Assembly: GCF_018977255.1 (NCBI RefSeq)
Contig: NW_024704742.1
Location: 60,266,001-60,330,000, forward strand
Source of the DNA: Callorhinchus milii
Taxonomy: Eukaryota
DNA: 64,000 nt
Direction: 5' to 3'
In this document: piece by piece, positions 1-13,560 of the stretch
Layout: each line of letters starts with the position of its first letter
Numbering within the stretch: position 1 is the first letter of the stretch
The notes under the pieces: model-generated
Database searches by the model: none
What the model was told of the DNA's origin: nothing
The model's input: the letters and a program-made list of their open reading frames with translations, nothing else
Translations under genes and position numbers: made by a program

Positions 1-154
1 TTTATGTGTGGCCTTTGCTCTCACTGGGCTCACTCTTCCCGATTATCTGCCAACATATTGTTCAAAATATATTATATACACCGGAAACCAACTTTATTTC
101 CTGATATAAGATTGAAATGGTAGTTTTAACTCTACCTTTATGGGTTCTACATAA

Positions 155-483
155 TCTAAGCTGGCACTTCAAAGTGGTGCTTTGTGTGTGTTGTATTGTT
201 GGAGATGCTGTCTTTTGGATGAGATGTTGAACCAAGGTTCCATTTGCCTGTTCAGGTGGCCGTTATAGATCCCATGGTACTAATTGAAAACAGAAGGGAG
301 TTTCTCCCGATGTCGTGGCCAACAATTTCCCAAATAAAATTGGTCACTCACTTCATGGCTGTTTGTGGGACATTGCTGTGTGCAAATTTGCTGCTGTGTT
401 TGCCCATAAAATGCACAGTCACTCTACCTTACTATATATCCTGTGGAGCAGTTTGAGATGTTCTCCCAATGTGAACAGTGCAA
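155..483 (+). mobile_element. SINE family B (Deu-domain, L2-type tail), 5'-truncated
   Basis: Deu-like core ggagatgctgtcttttggatgagatgttgaaccaagg...ctgttcaggtgg...gatcccatggtacta, then the shared 3' half; matches the full copy at 59187-59605. Confidence 0.75.
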
Positions 484-894
484 TAATGACCTCCTTTGCA
501 GGTAACAGAGTGTTTACGTTGTCCTTGGCTAAGGTCTTCTCATTTTTCTGTTAAGTTTGTTTTTGACACTGAGGAATGTGGTCTTTTGTCAACTGAGGAA
601 TATGTGTTTGTTCTAGTTTATTCCTTGGACATTAGATCATGTTTCAAATGTACTTCACTCTCATAGATTACTCAAGATAAAATTTCATGGACAAGTAAAA
701 AAGAAAATGGATCCAGAATAAGTCTGATTTGTTCAACATTGTGGAGCCAAATAGCATTCTTGACACTGGCTACCTGAGACTAGGTTCTCATATTGTTGCA
801 ATATCCCACTTCGTCTCATCACCATACAATGAGAATTGAAACTTAAAATTGAAATTAAAATGTAAATGTACTTTCATCGGCCACTATACAAAAT

Positions 895-1160
895 AATAAA
901 TAATTTACATTTGTTATACTGCCTATAATGCATTAAAAGTGCTTCATAGGTAATTGCTGTAATATGTAGTGATTGTGTGTTAGTAGGCAAACATGGCAGC
1001 AGGAGCATGGTTTCAACTTTAATCCAACTTTGGCAGCTCAGACAACACAACACTCTCTCGTACTGTAGTGCCAATCAAGATTGGGAGCTCAAGTTTCAGT
1101 GCGGTGCTTGAATCCATGACCTTCTGACCCATGGATAAGCTTACCGATGACTGAGCCTGG
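895..1160 (-). mobile_element. Degraded SINE family B pieces (tail and tRNA-like head)
   Basis: Tail-like 895-1000; head-like cttgaatccatgaccttctgaccc...actgagcc at about 1105-1160. Confidence 0.5.
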
Positions 1161-1982
1161 ACCCAGTCTGGATACCACATCTCAAATTTTTTTTCTCCAT
1201 ATGTCAATAATGAGAAACTTTCAATAGGTTGCCAAGTGGTTTTTCAGGTGCTTGCACATTGCTGTTTTAATTAGACGATCCTTGAAAAACTAGTTTAGGA
1301 CAATTCAATCAGAAGAGGCTTAAATTGAATCAGTTCATTTCCCTGTTTCAGGCTGAATACTCCTCATGAGCTGTACACCAAAACACTTCAGTAATCATTG
1401 GAAGTAATCACACCACATTATTTCACTTGTGCAGAGATGAATGTGAAATACGTTAGAGTGCAGTTTACTGCCTTCAACATAACTGTGCTGATTAGTTCAG
1501 CTTCAACTTTCTTTCCTTGTTGAGTCCAATCTGAGCCCTGTCTTTATCATTTGCTTTACAGTCCTGTCTGATTATTGTCCCAGCTCAAGCTTTCCTTTGT
1601 GGCTATTCTAATCTGTTTGAATTCTGGTTTTCTTTCTCTGTTCCCTCAGGTCTAGGTTTCCTATTTGTGGAGATTAGGAAACAGGTTCATAATTATTTAA
1701 GTGACATTGTCTTATTCTTTGCCATAGAGTCCCACTATCAACCGGCTCCTCCATCCACCCTCTCATGCCTTGCCCATCCTCTCCTCCAACTGCAAGGAGA
1801 TGCTAGATTTCCTCGAGAGCAAAATCAAGGGGATCCGTTCAGCTGCCTACATCCACTCTCCCAATTGTCAACCTTCCCCATCTCTCCCTTATACTCCACC
1901 CCTACCCATCCCTCCCTCCACACCTTCAAACCTGTCTCCCCCTTCTCTCACCACCACTATAATCCACATGAAGCCTATCATC

Positions 1983-2321
1983 TCATAGAATCATAGAATT
2001 ATACAACACAGAAGGAGGCCATTCGGCCCATCACGTCTGTGCTGGCTCTTTGAAAAGAGCTATCCAATTCCATCCTACTCCACCACTCCCTGCCCATAGT
2101 TCTGCAAACTTGTCCTCTCCAAATAATTATCTACTTTTCTCCTAAAAGTTGTTATCAAATCAGCTTCCATCACCCTTTCAGGCAATGTATTCCAGATCTG
2201 AACAACTCGCTGAAAAAATCTGAAAAAAATTCTCCTCAACTCCCCTCTGTTTCTTTAAACAACTATTTTACATTGGTGCCCTTGGGTTACCGACCCACCC
2301 ACCAGTGGAAATAGTTTCTCC
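1983..2321 (-). mobile_element. CR1-clade LINE 3' fragment inserted in L2
   Basis: Tail tcatagaatcatagaa (reverse of (TTCTATGA)n) and gaaggaggccattcggccc; same 3' end as the CR1 at 33062; L2 is contiguous on both sides. Confidence 0.85.
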
Positions 2322-2767
2322 TGCTTCCTCAACCGAATCCCTACCCCTTTCCTTATCTCCCAGCTATACCTCCTCACCCCTTTACTCTCAGACTTCATCA
2401 ATCTCTCTCTGTCAACTGACACTGTTCCAACCCCCCCTAAAACTGCTGTCATCACACCTATCCTAAAAAAACCTTCCCTGGATCCATCCCTGCTCACTAA
2501 CTACTGGCCCATCTCCAACCTTCCTTTCCTTTCCAACGTCCTTGAAAGAGTTGTTGCTTCCCAGCTTTACTCCTTTCTCTCCTTCCACTCCCTTTATGGA
2601 CCCCTCCAATTGGGTTTCCGGGCTGTGCACAGCACAAAAACTGTCCTAGTCAAGGTGACAAATGACATTCTGCCCATCTGTGACCAGGGCTCCCTTGTCA
2701 TCCTCAAGGCTGCCGCTTTTGACACTGTGGACCATTCTATTCTCCTCCACCACCTCTCCTCTCACCT

Positions 2768-2872
2768 CGCCCACAAATATTCACTTTACAGTATATTCCA
2801 TGAAGCGCTTTGGGATGTCTAGAAGACGTGAAAAGCGCTATATCAAATGCAAGGATTATTATTATTATTATT
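2768..2872 (+). mobile_element. 5'-truncated SINE family A tail inserted in L2
   Basis: cgcccacaaatattcactttacag...gcgctatatcaaatgcaagga(tta)n; splits L2 at ctcacct|aacctt. Confidence 0.85.
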
Positions 2873-4104
2873 AACCTTCAAGATTCAATCCTTGAATGGT
2901 TCTGATCCAATCTCTCACACTGGCTCCACTTTGTCTCCACAAATGGCTTCTCCTCCAGCCCCTGCATTGTCTCATGTGGTGTTCCTCAGGACTCTGTCCT
3001 TGGTCCATTCCTCTTAAACCTGTACATGTTCCTTCTTAGAGATATCATCCGCAGACATGGGATCAACTTCCACGTGTACGCGGATGACACCCAACTCTAT
3101 CTCTTTGCCTCCATCCTCGATCCCAGGACCACTGATGTCTTGACAGACTGCATGTCAGACATCAAGTACTGGATAACAGCCAAATTTCTACAGTTGAACA
3201 TCAGCAAGACCAACGCACTTTTCGCACCTCAGGCACAGGCAGCATCAGCATACATGGATGCACATTCCACCTCACCACGCCAGTCAGGAACCTAAGAGTC
3301 TTGTTCAACACTCAACTGTCCTTTCTCCCCCATATCTGTGCCATGACCCGCTCCACCTTCCCCCATCTCCACAACATGGCCCGACTCCACCATTGCCTCA
3401 CCCCTCAGGCCACCGAAACCCTTATACTTACTTTCCTTACAACCAGGATCCATTATGATAATGCCCTGCTTGTCGGCATTCCCAACTCTTCCTTCCACAA
3501 GCTAGAGATCATCCAGAACTCTGCAGCCCATGTCCTCTCCTGCACCAGGCTCTGTGTCTCCATCACACCCACCCTCACCCGGCTCCAATGGCTCCCCATT
3601 CCTTGAGTTAAAAATTCTTGTCCTCACCTTCAAGGCCCTCCATGGCCTTGAATCCTCCTACCTCTCTGATGTACTAACCCCTTATCAACCTGTCTGCTCC
3701 CTCTGCTCAGTGGGCTCCGGCCTGCTCGATGTCCTCCACCCGGCCCGCCCCATCATAGGCAGTCAGGCCTTCAGTCTCTCTGCCCCCACCCTCTTGAACT
3801 CCAGCCCCCATTCCCTTCATCTTGCTCCCTCCTTTGCCTCCTTCAAGGTATCCTCAATAGCCTCCTCTTCGACTGTGTCTTCGGACACCCTCCTACCCCC
3901 ACCCTCGATGATCCCAGTGCCTTTGGAAGTTCTCCGGATGTGCAAGGTGCATTACAAATATAATTTTATATTGTATTTTCCAACAAACATCTGATCATTA
4001 GTTCCTGTTGTAGAGATGTGCTGATATGTGATCCACAGTTTCATTTCTAATCAAATCAGACAGTACTACCACACTCCTGAATTTTGCTTGTATTGCATTG
4101 GGAG

Positions 4105-4492
4105 TGCCTGGCTTACTTGGTAGCACTGTCACCTTTGAGTCAGAAGGTTGTGGGTTCAAGCCTCACATTGGGACTTTGAGCTCAAAGTCTGACAAAGGTT
4201 GACAGTTTACTGCAGTGTCAGAGGTTCTGTCCATTGGGTGAGATGCTAGATCAAGGCCCCATTTGCCAATTGAGGTGGACTTTAACGATGCTGTGGTACT
4301 CTTTAAAAAGAGAAGGGAGTTTCTACCATTGTCCTTGCCAAAAATTGATCATTCACTTCATGGCTGTATGTGGGAAATTTCTGTTTCTAAATTGGTTGTC
4401 AATTTAAAAATACAGTCTACACTTTACAGTGAATATGAAGTGGTTTGAAATGTTTCAATGACATGGTAAGGTATTCTAAGGTATTAGAAATA
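4105..4492 (+). mobile_element. SINE family B
   Basis: tRNA-like head tggcttacttggtagcac...gggttcaagcc, Deu-like core, shared tail. Confidence 0.8.
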
Positions 4493-4596
4493 TAGGGTGA
4501 CCAAGTTGTGATGCTACCCTATTATCTAAAAAAAAACATAATTTCTTTTAGACTTATTAGACATTGTAGGGGTATCACAACTTTTTTGTCACCCTG
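4493..4596. mobile_element. Tc1/mariner-type MITE (104 bp)
   Basis: TA|tagggtgaccaagttgtgat ... atcacaacttttttgtcaccctg|TA; imperfect terminal inverted repeats with TA on both sides. Confidence 0.75.
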
Positions 4597-5329
4597 TATA
4601 AGGAGAAGGTAGCAAATAATGCCATTATTGTTAGATATAGAGTAGTTGACACCAATCAGATTGTTTCTGCTGATTACAGTGTACTTTTGATAAGATAGCT
4701 GTATTTCATTTGATTGTAGGTATAACACAAAATGATCCATGCCTCTGACCGATCAACACAATACTATTTTTAAGGCTTAATATTATCCAGGATAATTCCT
4801 AGTCACTGCCAATACTGCTCAATAGCATCTAAAAGGAAAAGCAATATCATATTAAAAACCCATTAACCGGAGCAAACACAGACAAACATTACAGAATTGT
4901 GTAATATAACACCAATGGCCCTTCAAAGAGTAGATGCAAGATTAACACCACTCTCCATTTACCCAATCAGTGTAATAACTGTCTGTAATGTTATACTGAT
5001 GCAATAAAGTGTTTTTACAGTAAATTACTACATTATCTTATGATAAATATATGTAATGAAAGCAAGTTATATTACTGGAGGCTTACACTAAGATTACTTC
5101 TACATAGATTTTGTTTCACTGAGAATGCTGTTTTGTCATCGGTTTCTGTTTCCAGTTATGCTGGAGAATATTTAAAATACATAATGGCATTTAAATGGAA
5201 TTTTAAAGAGCTCTGTGTCAAAACACTATTTATATCTGTTTTCCAAATACAATACCAAATTCCTTATTCCCTCTGCCACCTCATTGTCAATCTAAATGTT
5301 ATCCCAACAAAAAATTGCAAGTCCAACCA

Positions 5330-5640
5330 ATGCAACAACAACAAATTGGATTTGTAAATTGCCTTTCGCATTGGGAGGACGTCCCAAGGGACTATACCCA
5401 AGCTGGGGTTTGGGATCAGGAGGAGTGGAGGGCAGGGAGTTTGGGGCTAGGATTGTGACTGAAGGCACAGTCAAATAGATAGGCTTTCAAGGAGGCAAGG
5501 GAGGGTGAGGCGAAGGGACTGTGGGATGGAGTTCCAAAGGGTGGAGGCAGAAAGGATGAAGGCCTGATGGTAGGCGGGCATGTTGGGCGACATTGAGCAA
5601 GCCAGAATTCACTGAGCAGCGGGAGTGGACAGAAGATCAG
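5330..5640 (-). mobile_element. L2 3'-end fragment
   Basis: (CAA)n tail plus gcctttcgcattgggaggacgtcccaagg, then G-rich L2 3' region. Confidence 0.7.
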
Positions 5641-5726
5641 GATGCTATCAGGACTAATTCTAATTTTCCTTCAAACTCTATTGGGTGTGCATGCATTTGA
5701 ATAAGATTTGATTTTAGTTTGCAGTT

Positions 5727-5860
5727 AATATAATAATCCTTGCATTTCTTATAGCACCTTATCACATCTTCGAGGAGTCTCAAAGCACTTCACAGAATGT
5801 ACTCTACAGTAAATTAACTGTATATTTTCTAGGCTAAACATAGCAGTCAATTGCCCACAG
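5727..5860 (-). mobile_element. SINE family A 3' tail fragment
   Basis: (TAA)n tccttgcattt...tctcaaagcacttcacagaat. Confidence 0.75.
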
Positions 5861-6381
5861 TGCTTATAAGTCCTATGAAATATGGGGTAAAAACTGCAGT
5901 GTGCGAATGTGGTAATCATCACAGATTATAAATATCACACAGGATTCAGCATTGTTAGAAATATTGCTGTCACCATTTATGGTATCCCATTGATTATTAA
6001 AGAATTATTTATCTAAAATGTGTTTTGAAATACACCCTTCCTTGACTTCTAAGTAATAATAATGTCCAAACCTGGCTATAAAGCCCTGGACGCTGCCCTC
6101 TTGGATTGATATTTTCAGAGATTGGTTTCAAACTGCGAAGTTACCTTTGTGAGGTTATACAGGAGGTGCTGAATATTTACAGTATTATGATAGCAATTGT
6201 CACATCACCACATACTACATATTTCACCCCAATTAGAAGTATTATGACTGGTGTTATGTTGGCAAATGGAGCAGCTAATCCATGCCAGCAAAGTCCAATG
6301 AAGGTCAGTGAAAGCAGTGACCAAAATGTTGTGTCTTTTTGGTTAACTTGGATGAAGAAGTGCTATTAATAAATAATAAAT

Positions 6382-6948
6382 AACTGGCTCCAGGTGACAT
6401 CCTTGGCAATGGAATGTCGAAAGCAAGCCAGCCCTCTGTGGCGGTCTCGGTGGTTTAGATTCAGAGCCAAGTGGGTCCAGAGTCCTCCAGGGCACTGCTG
6501 ATAACAACACAGCCAGCCTGGCTCATCGACAGGACTTGGAAAGGCAGACCAGTCACTTGGGCAGTGAATCATCCCACTCAGCTCCTGTTACTCATGCATG
6601 TCAAAGCCCTAATGGTTAGAGTGATCCTAGCTGGACAAGCAGCAGGAAAGCTTGCCAGACAGTGATATCAATGGGAAACTATGTGGTTTTAGCTGGTTAG
6701 ATGTCAGCAGTAGCCCAATGCACACTCTTGGGTCCCCAATCCTTGGTTCTTACCAACCTGCGCATAATAATTTCCAGAATTAGGAAGCACAATGTGTCCC
6801 TCCAACGAGAGAGTGTGCATTCCATTCCACAATCTATTTCTGGGATTTCCATGTGTAGGCGGGATGCATGGAAATCCTAGCTTGGTTTGAATGCTTTTAA
6901 GCATCCTGATGGGATTCCGCATGTGTCACACACCCGACTGACCGACAG
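6382..6948 (+). repeat. Unassigned interspersed repeat, family C (longest copy)
   Basis: Colinear similarity to 51545-52080(-), 58200-58605(+), 41320-41587(+), 8715-8937(+), 23045-23190(+). Confidence 0.75.
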
Positions 6949-6984
6949 ATCAACATACATATTGATTCAGCACCCTTCATTTCC

Positions 6985-7581
6985 AGAACACTTCTCAAAG
7001 CACTTCATTTGATTTACCTCAAATTGTAGTGACTCTATTTTGTGAGCCAAAATGGCAACCAATTTGAACACAGCAGTATTTCTCAAACAGACATAAAGTG
7101 AATCACCAATATGTGGGGATTGTTCCCCAGGACACTGCCTTCCCTTTATGCATAATAATACTAATCCTTGCATTTGATATAGCATCTTATCGCATCTTCG
7201 AGAAGTCTCAAAGTGCTTCACAGAATATACTATAAAGTGAATTTATTGCCTGTATATTTTGTGGACAGAATGCGGCAGTCAATTGCACACAACAGTGTCC
7301 CACCATGGATTGGAGTGACAAAATTATTATTATTATTATTTATTTTATTATTTTTGAAGGGAAAAGTGCTATGGGATCTTTAACAGCTACCGAACAGGCA
7401 AAGGTAACCTGGGTTTAATTTCTCAATGTGAAGGATGACACCTCCAACATTGCAGCATACTCCACCACTGCACAAGAGTATTGAATCTGACTGTATGAAT
7501 ACCAAGGCCTGATGTGGGGCTTGAACCTACAACCTTCTGACTCAGAGTGAGAGTGCTACCAACTGAGCCAGGCTGACATAC
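6985..7581 (-). mobile_element. SINE family B with a truncated family A copy nested at about 7152-7362
   Basis: B head ends ...ctgagccaggctgacac at 7581; Deu core 7363-7470; A-type tail 7152-7362; remaining B 3' half 6985-7150. Confidence 0.75.
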
Positions 7582-7671
7582 ATATTAGTGAGGACACTGC
7601 GAGTTTCTCACTTTATATTTCCATGTTAAAGCTCCTAATTTGGATCAAAGGCACCTCTTGAGAAAGATTTA

Positions 7672-8036
7672 GAGTCCTGTAGAACAGTGGTTAGCACACT
7701 TGCCTCACAAGGGAGAGGACCCGGGTTTGATTCTTGGGCAGGGCAGAAACTAAAGCAAGTTTTGTTACTCCACACACCACTGTTTACTTAGCACTAAATA
7801 GGAATCCGGTTGTCAGTCAATTGCCAGACCGCTTGCTGGGGCTAATAATCCCTTAAAACAAGTATGATCACTCAATACACGACTGCTTGTGGGACTCTGC
7901 TGTGTGTAATTGGCTGCTGCGTTTTGCCCCCAAAATACACTGTCAATCCACTTTACAATATATTCTGTGAAGTGCTTTGAGACATATCAATGATGTAATA
8001 TGGTGCTATATGAAATACAAGGATTATTATTATTAT
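7672..8036 (+). mobile_element. SINE family A, full length (tRNA head, CORE-like centre, L2-type tail)
   Basis: A-box-like tagaacagtgg, B-box-like gggtttgattc, gcaagttttgttactccacacaccactgtttac, (TTA)n end. Confidence 0.9.
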
Positions 8037-8714
8037 TTTATTAGGACAAATGTCAATCACAATTTACAGTTTGTGACAACAAAACATGTCATTAGCTTCC
8101 ATTCAAAGCATGAGGTAGAAGCATTTCATTATTACAAACTTTTCATTAAAGAAGACATGCTTTCCTGTTTATAGGAGCTTATCCCATTGTAAAACAGGAC
8201 ATGCTAAATGTCTCTAAAAAGAATGTTTTCATCTGGTCTTTGTAGTTTACTTCTTATTTACTATTTCAGTTGCAGGCACCCATAGGGTGAATAGTGGTGG
8301 CATGCAGTAGAATGCTCTTAGTGGTATCCGCTTCATTACAAACAAAATGCTCGCTGTATCCAGTGTAGACCTTCATAAAAAGGACTTCAATTTGATTTCT
8401 TGCTGTTTCACAGCCAATTGTGAACCTTAGCACTTCAAAGATACAACATGGAATGATTAAACTAAAAGGAAGCTTTCTATTTCATTGTTTATTATTTATG
8501 TGATGTGGACAGAAAGATCAGGCTTTGATGATACATTACCAGAGAGAAGCATATGTTTGTTTCTCCAATATGCTCTGAAACCACATACACAGGACCAAAA
8601 AAACAGAGAAACTACATGGATGACTTCAACCCCAAATGTATCATGATTTTTTCCTTAAATGTAAGATTGTACAAAATAATTGTGTGAACCTTCCTAGCCA
8701 TATTCTCAAGGACA

Positions 8715-8937
8715 AGCCTTGTGGTTTTAGTGGGTTAAACTCCAGGCTTTGGTTCTTACCAAATTGAGCCTAATGCTCTCTGAATTTGGTCAGCAGGAGT
8801 GTGTCTTTCTAGGGAGAGAGTGTGTGTTCCATTCCACACAGGGAAATATCCATGTGTAGGTTGCATACGTATGTAGAACTCTCAGTCAGGGTGCTGGTTT
8901 CCACATGTGTCAGGCACCTGGCAGACCAACAAAAAAT
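8715..8937 (+). repeat. Family C, short copy
   Basis: tgtggttttagtgggttaa...gagagagtgtgtgttccattccac...ttccacatgtgtcaggcacctggcagaccaacaaaaaa. Confidence 0.7.
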
Positions 8938-9854
8938 GGTTGTTAATGAGAGCGTTCCATTGCAAGGGACAACATTTATTCGATATTAAACTAAGACCTG
9001 ATTTTTTACTCTTCAGAATAAAAATGCAACCTTAAATATAAACTCAACTCGATATTATACGTTAAATAGGTATGTATTTTAAATAATGAATATTGTAGTT
9101 ACACATTTTCAGATATCCTGCATTTGAATACAATGTTCAGAAACTTCCATTCACATTTCTTTCCAGTATATTTTGCATAGCTGACAAAACAGAGGACCTC
9201 ACACAGTACTTCATTTCTGCAATTTAGCCAAATAAATCTGACACCATAAACATTTTAAATATTTAAAATTTCTTTGTTCAATCCTACCATTTCTCCAAGT
9301 GAGAGAAATCAAAAGTCAGTTTTCTGCTCAGATTTTTGAATGCTTGCCAAAAATAATCATTCTCTATTTATTATTAAATAGTGTATTGTACTATTTGAAC
9401 AGTGGTCTAATGAAACTGCTGGAGGTTTTGTTCTTCTTGTAAAATGGTCAATTAACCTACAGTGTCTTATCTACTCTGAGCAAAAATAACTGCTTCCTGT
9501 GGAAGTGCATCTTTAATTCGGTTACACTTGACAATTGTGATTTGAAAAAAAAATAGATTACATTCTTCTTCTTCACAATGTAAAAGAGCATTCAATTTGT
9601 AAGTACTGTATTTCTCCAAAGTCAGAAGGGTCATATTTCTAAGGGCAACTCTCTCACTTTTTGACACAGAATCCAAGGTAAGAGGACACAAGGTTACCAC
9701 ATTAGAGACAACTTGCAAAGTGCATTATGCTTGGAATTTCAAATTAGGAATTTCCTTTTGGATGTACAATTGTAAACGAAGCAATTCCCTGACAATGAGA
9801 TTCCAGTTCATTTGTCAAAGCAAATTATTTTCAAGTAATTTTCTGTTTCCGTGA

Positions 9855-12175
9855 ACCTATCACTCCTCTCCTCGCAAGGCTCTACTGGCTCCCCGTCCCC
9901 TGGAGGATAGAGTTCAAAATCCTCATTTTTGCTTTCAAAGCCCTCAAAATCCTTGCTCCTCTCCACTTCTGTAACTTAGTAACCCCTGATCGATCTGTTC
10001 GACTTTGGCCTGCTCTCTTATCCTTGAACCTTTTATCCCTCTGGCCTTCCACCTGCCGTGATCCGGACGCAATCGGCAAACTGCTAAACAATCACCTCTC
10101 CTCCATCTTTAATTTCCTTGTCCCCCTGAAATTCAGGTCCATTTCCAAGCCTAACAACTCTCCCGGTACAACAGTCATCTCCGCTCCCTCAAATCCCAAA
10201 CCCGGTTGCTCGAGTGCAGATGGCACAAAACCGGATTTATAGTTCACCGCTATCTGTGGCTCGAGTATTTGCATATCTACAATCACTGCCTTTCTCAAGC
10301 CCAAACTACTTCCTACTCACAGGTCATACTGAAGACCAAAAACAACCCTGAAATCCTGTTCTCCAGTCCCCACCACTTCCTCCACGCCCCTTCTCAAGCA
10401 CCCTCAAACGTCACTTTTGATGCCAAGTGCGAAGAGGAACTGGACTTCTTTATCTCTAAGACAGATTACATCCACCTGGGTGCCTCCAACTCCCTCCACC
10501 GTGTCACCTACTATTCCCACACCACCCCCCATGCCTCCTTCATCACCCTCTCCTACCACGGCCCCACCCTACAATCATTTGCCCTCATCTCTTCCTCTTC
10601 CCTTTCCGCCTCCATCACCCAGATGAAGCCTACCACCTGCTGCCTCCTATCCCTCCCCACCCAACTTTTGGTCACTCAAATCCTCCTCCTCCACCCACTA
10701 CTGGCTGACACATTCTACTAGTCCCTCTACTCAGGCTCTGTCCGACTCCTCCTCAAAACTGCTGTCATCACTCCCCTCCTTAAAAAAACTATTGTCAATC
10801 CCTTCTACCTCCCACAATGCTGTCCCATTTCAAATCTGCCCTTCCTGGTCAAAACCCTGGAATGCATTGTTGAAAACCAACTTTGCTCACACCTTACCCT
10901 CCACTTAGGATTAGTACCTCTCTTGTCCGGTTTTTATTCTCAACAAACGGCACAGAGAGAGTGCTTATCAAAATAACAAATAGCATCCTCTCTCTCTGTG
11001 AGACCAGTGTTCCCTCTGCCTCCTTGTCCTCCTTGACCTTTCTGCTGTGCTCGATGCATTCAATCACACCATCCTCCTCCACCCCCTCTCATCCTCATCC
11101 ACCTTAATGGGACCACACGCGCATGGTTCAAGTCCTACTTAACCAACCGCCAACAATAAATCTCGGCCAAAGTTTTTTTCTCTCACCTCCGCTTGGTCAC
11201 CTGCAGGATACCCCAAGGCTCCATTCTTGGCCACCTTCTTTTCCTCATATGCATACTGTATCTCAGCGATGTCATCCGCAAACATGGGGTCAACTTCCAC
11301 CCAAAGCTACTTATCTTCGTCCAGCTGTGATTCCCAATCCGCTGAAGTTCTGTCAGCTTGTTTGACAGCCTGGATCAGCACAAATTTCATGCAGCTGAAT
11401 GTTGGTAAAATGAAAACCATATTCTTTGGCTCCCGTCGATGTCTTTTCTCCTACAAGTCTGTACTCCTCAACCTCCCTAGGCTATCCCTCCAACTGTCCA
11501 AACCCATGCATAACTTAGGCTTCAGGTTCGACTCCCAGCTTTCATTTGGGGATCTGCTCCCTGACCAGGACCACTTTTTTCCACAACTGCACATTGCCCA
11601 CCTCCATCCAAATCTCAAAACTGACGCAACTGAAACCCTCGTCCACCCTTCGTCTCTATTCCAATGCCATCCTTGCTGGTCTCCCCAGCTCCACCATACA
11701 CAAAATAAAACTAATTCAAAACTCCACAACCCAGACACTCACCTGCATGAAACTCCATACCCCATCACGCCAATCCTTGCCAGGCTTCACTGGCTCCGAA
11801 TCACCGAACGGATCAATTTCAAAATCCTCTCATTCGTTTTCAAATCTCTTAATGCTTTCACACCTCCCTACCTCTCCTACCTGCTTACCCACCACTCCAC
11901 CACCCACTGCATCAGCTCGGCTGGCTCCTGCCTCCTGTTTGTCCCTCGTACGCTCCATTCCACCATTGGTGGCCTTGCCTTAAGCCACTATGTCCCAAAA
12001 CGCTGGAACTCTCTCCCTCTGCCTTGCCCCCTCCCTCCCCACCTTCAAATCCTACCTAAAGACATTCCTTTTTGAATGTGCTTACGGTCACCTGCACCCT
12101 CCATCTCCCCCTGACTCATTGTCAGACTCCACCACTGTAAAGCGCTACCAACTTAGTGCTATACTGCAATAAAAA
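9855..12175 (+). mobile_element. Decayed L2-clade LINE (short 3' ORF2 piece at 9855-10010, then a longer copy)
   Basis: Peptides QMKPTTCCL, FMQLNVGKMKTIFFG, ILARLHWLRITERINFKIL; many frameshifts. Confidence 0.9.
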
Positions 12176-12189
12176 AAGCAAATAAAGCA

Positions 12190-12725
12190 TTATTAATCAT
12201 TAAGAAAGGAATAGAGCACATATCAAACAAGATGGTTTTGTGGTTGCATTTGTTGACAGGCCCTTCAACTGGAGTCACGTGCACCTCTGGTTATCTCATT
12301 TTCAAAGGATATTTTTACCCATTACAGAAGAAAGAAAGATGATTTTGCGACCCAGGAATTTAAGTTAAGAGGCAATGTTCAGGGCTTTGAGCTTTTCTTC
12401 TTCAAAGAATAATATTTTCAGGTGACCGAATTGACATTTTCAATCTTATGAATGGGATTAACAAAATGAATATGTTCGTTGCAGCACACGATTAAAATGC
12501 CAGGAGCACAAATCAAACATAGGACATCAGAAATATGAAAGGAAGTCAAGATGAACCTCTGACAAATAAGGTAATAGACTTGTGGAATAAGATCCCTGGA
12601 TTACATTTGAAGCAAATAGCAGAAATGAGTTCAAGAGGCGATTGAGGGATATTAAGTGAGAAGATGGTTAGACTGCTTTGAAAGATAGGCTTGGTCACCA
12701 TTTTGTGCTGTTAAAATATCTTGTG
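12190..12725 (+). mobile_element. Old CR1 3' fragment
   Basis: Degraded CR1 ORF2 C-terminal motifs (aaggaatagagcac, gtaatagacttgtggaataag, gagttcaagaggcgatt). Confidence 0.6.
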
Positions 12726-13344
12726 GAAATATGCATAGAACAATAGACTGGACAATCAACATCTTCTAAAAATTACAATGTCTTAATGATGAGTAAAAGC
12801 TAAACCAATTGAATTGGTGGTGTTTTTTATGGGCTTAATTATGGCTTTCTTTATAAAGCCCCTAAACTGAGATTTGTTCTTCAGATTTGCATATAACACA
12901 TTCAAATTTTATATTCATCCCTTTTAACCTTTATATAATTTTATGACTTGTGCAGTAACACACACGACGTTTGCACAAATTCGCATTTGCATCTAAAGCT
13001 GGGGAACAAGTAGCCCTCAAGTATTTGAAAAGATTTTCAAAAAGCTTGCTTGTGAAAAAAACAGACTGGAAAATGTATGAGATGAGACCAGGTCTGCCTC
13101 TTCCGGTGGACATCAAAAATCCCATCAAAACTCCCAGAAGAGAATTTATCCTGGTGTTGCGGCCAACAAACCCTTAAATAAGTCCTTTAATAAGGATTTC
13201 TGAATTTTCACTATGCTCACTATTTCTACTATAGCAAAATAGTCTGAATTTGTTCAAATTAATACAAATACCAGTGCACATAACACAATGTTTTGTAGTC
13301 CCTTATTTTATATATTTTCCCACCCTATGGAACTCCATCCCATA

Positions 13345-13560
13345 GACCCTTTGCCTCACCCTTTCCTTTTGCCTCCTTCAAGGCCTGTCTCAAGATCCTC
13401 TTCGTCGACAGCACCTTTAGTCATCCTCCTTCCTCTACCCTCCCTGACCTCCGTCTCTCCTGATCCCAACTCCCAGCTCGGGTCCAAATCTTTGACTGGT
13501 CAGCTCCTTGTGACGTCCTTACGACATAAGAAGCAATATACAAATATAATTTGTTGTTGT
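13345..13560 (+). mobile_element. L2 3'-end fragment
   Basis: tttgcctccttcaaggcctgtctcaagatcc...caatatacaaatataatttgttgttgt. Confidence 0.65.

Larger units (their letters stand above)
1728..3968 (+). mobile_element. Decayed L2-clade LINE (ORF2 RT region and 3' end), interrupted by two later insertions
   Basis: Frameshifted ORF2 peptides GFRAVHSTKTVLVKVTNDIL, AAFDTVDHSILL, FHVYADDTQLYL, IIQNSAAHVL, LQWLP; homologous to the L2 at 20757-22930. Confidence 0.9.

Noticed and set aside
1628..1690. Strong polypyrimidine acceptor ttttctttctctgttccctcag
   Set aside because: Followed only by a weak donor (CAG|GTTCAT) and an unrecognised 35-nt segment
7672..7745. tRNA genes (here and at other SINE heads)
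   Set aside because: A/B-box-like heads continue into SINE bodies and lack a proper cloverleaf
11227..12075. Longest ORF (282 aa) as a host gene
   Set aside because: Chance-open, frame-hopping piece of decayed L2 ORF2
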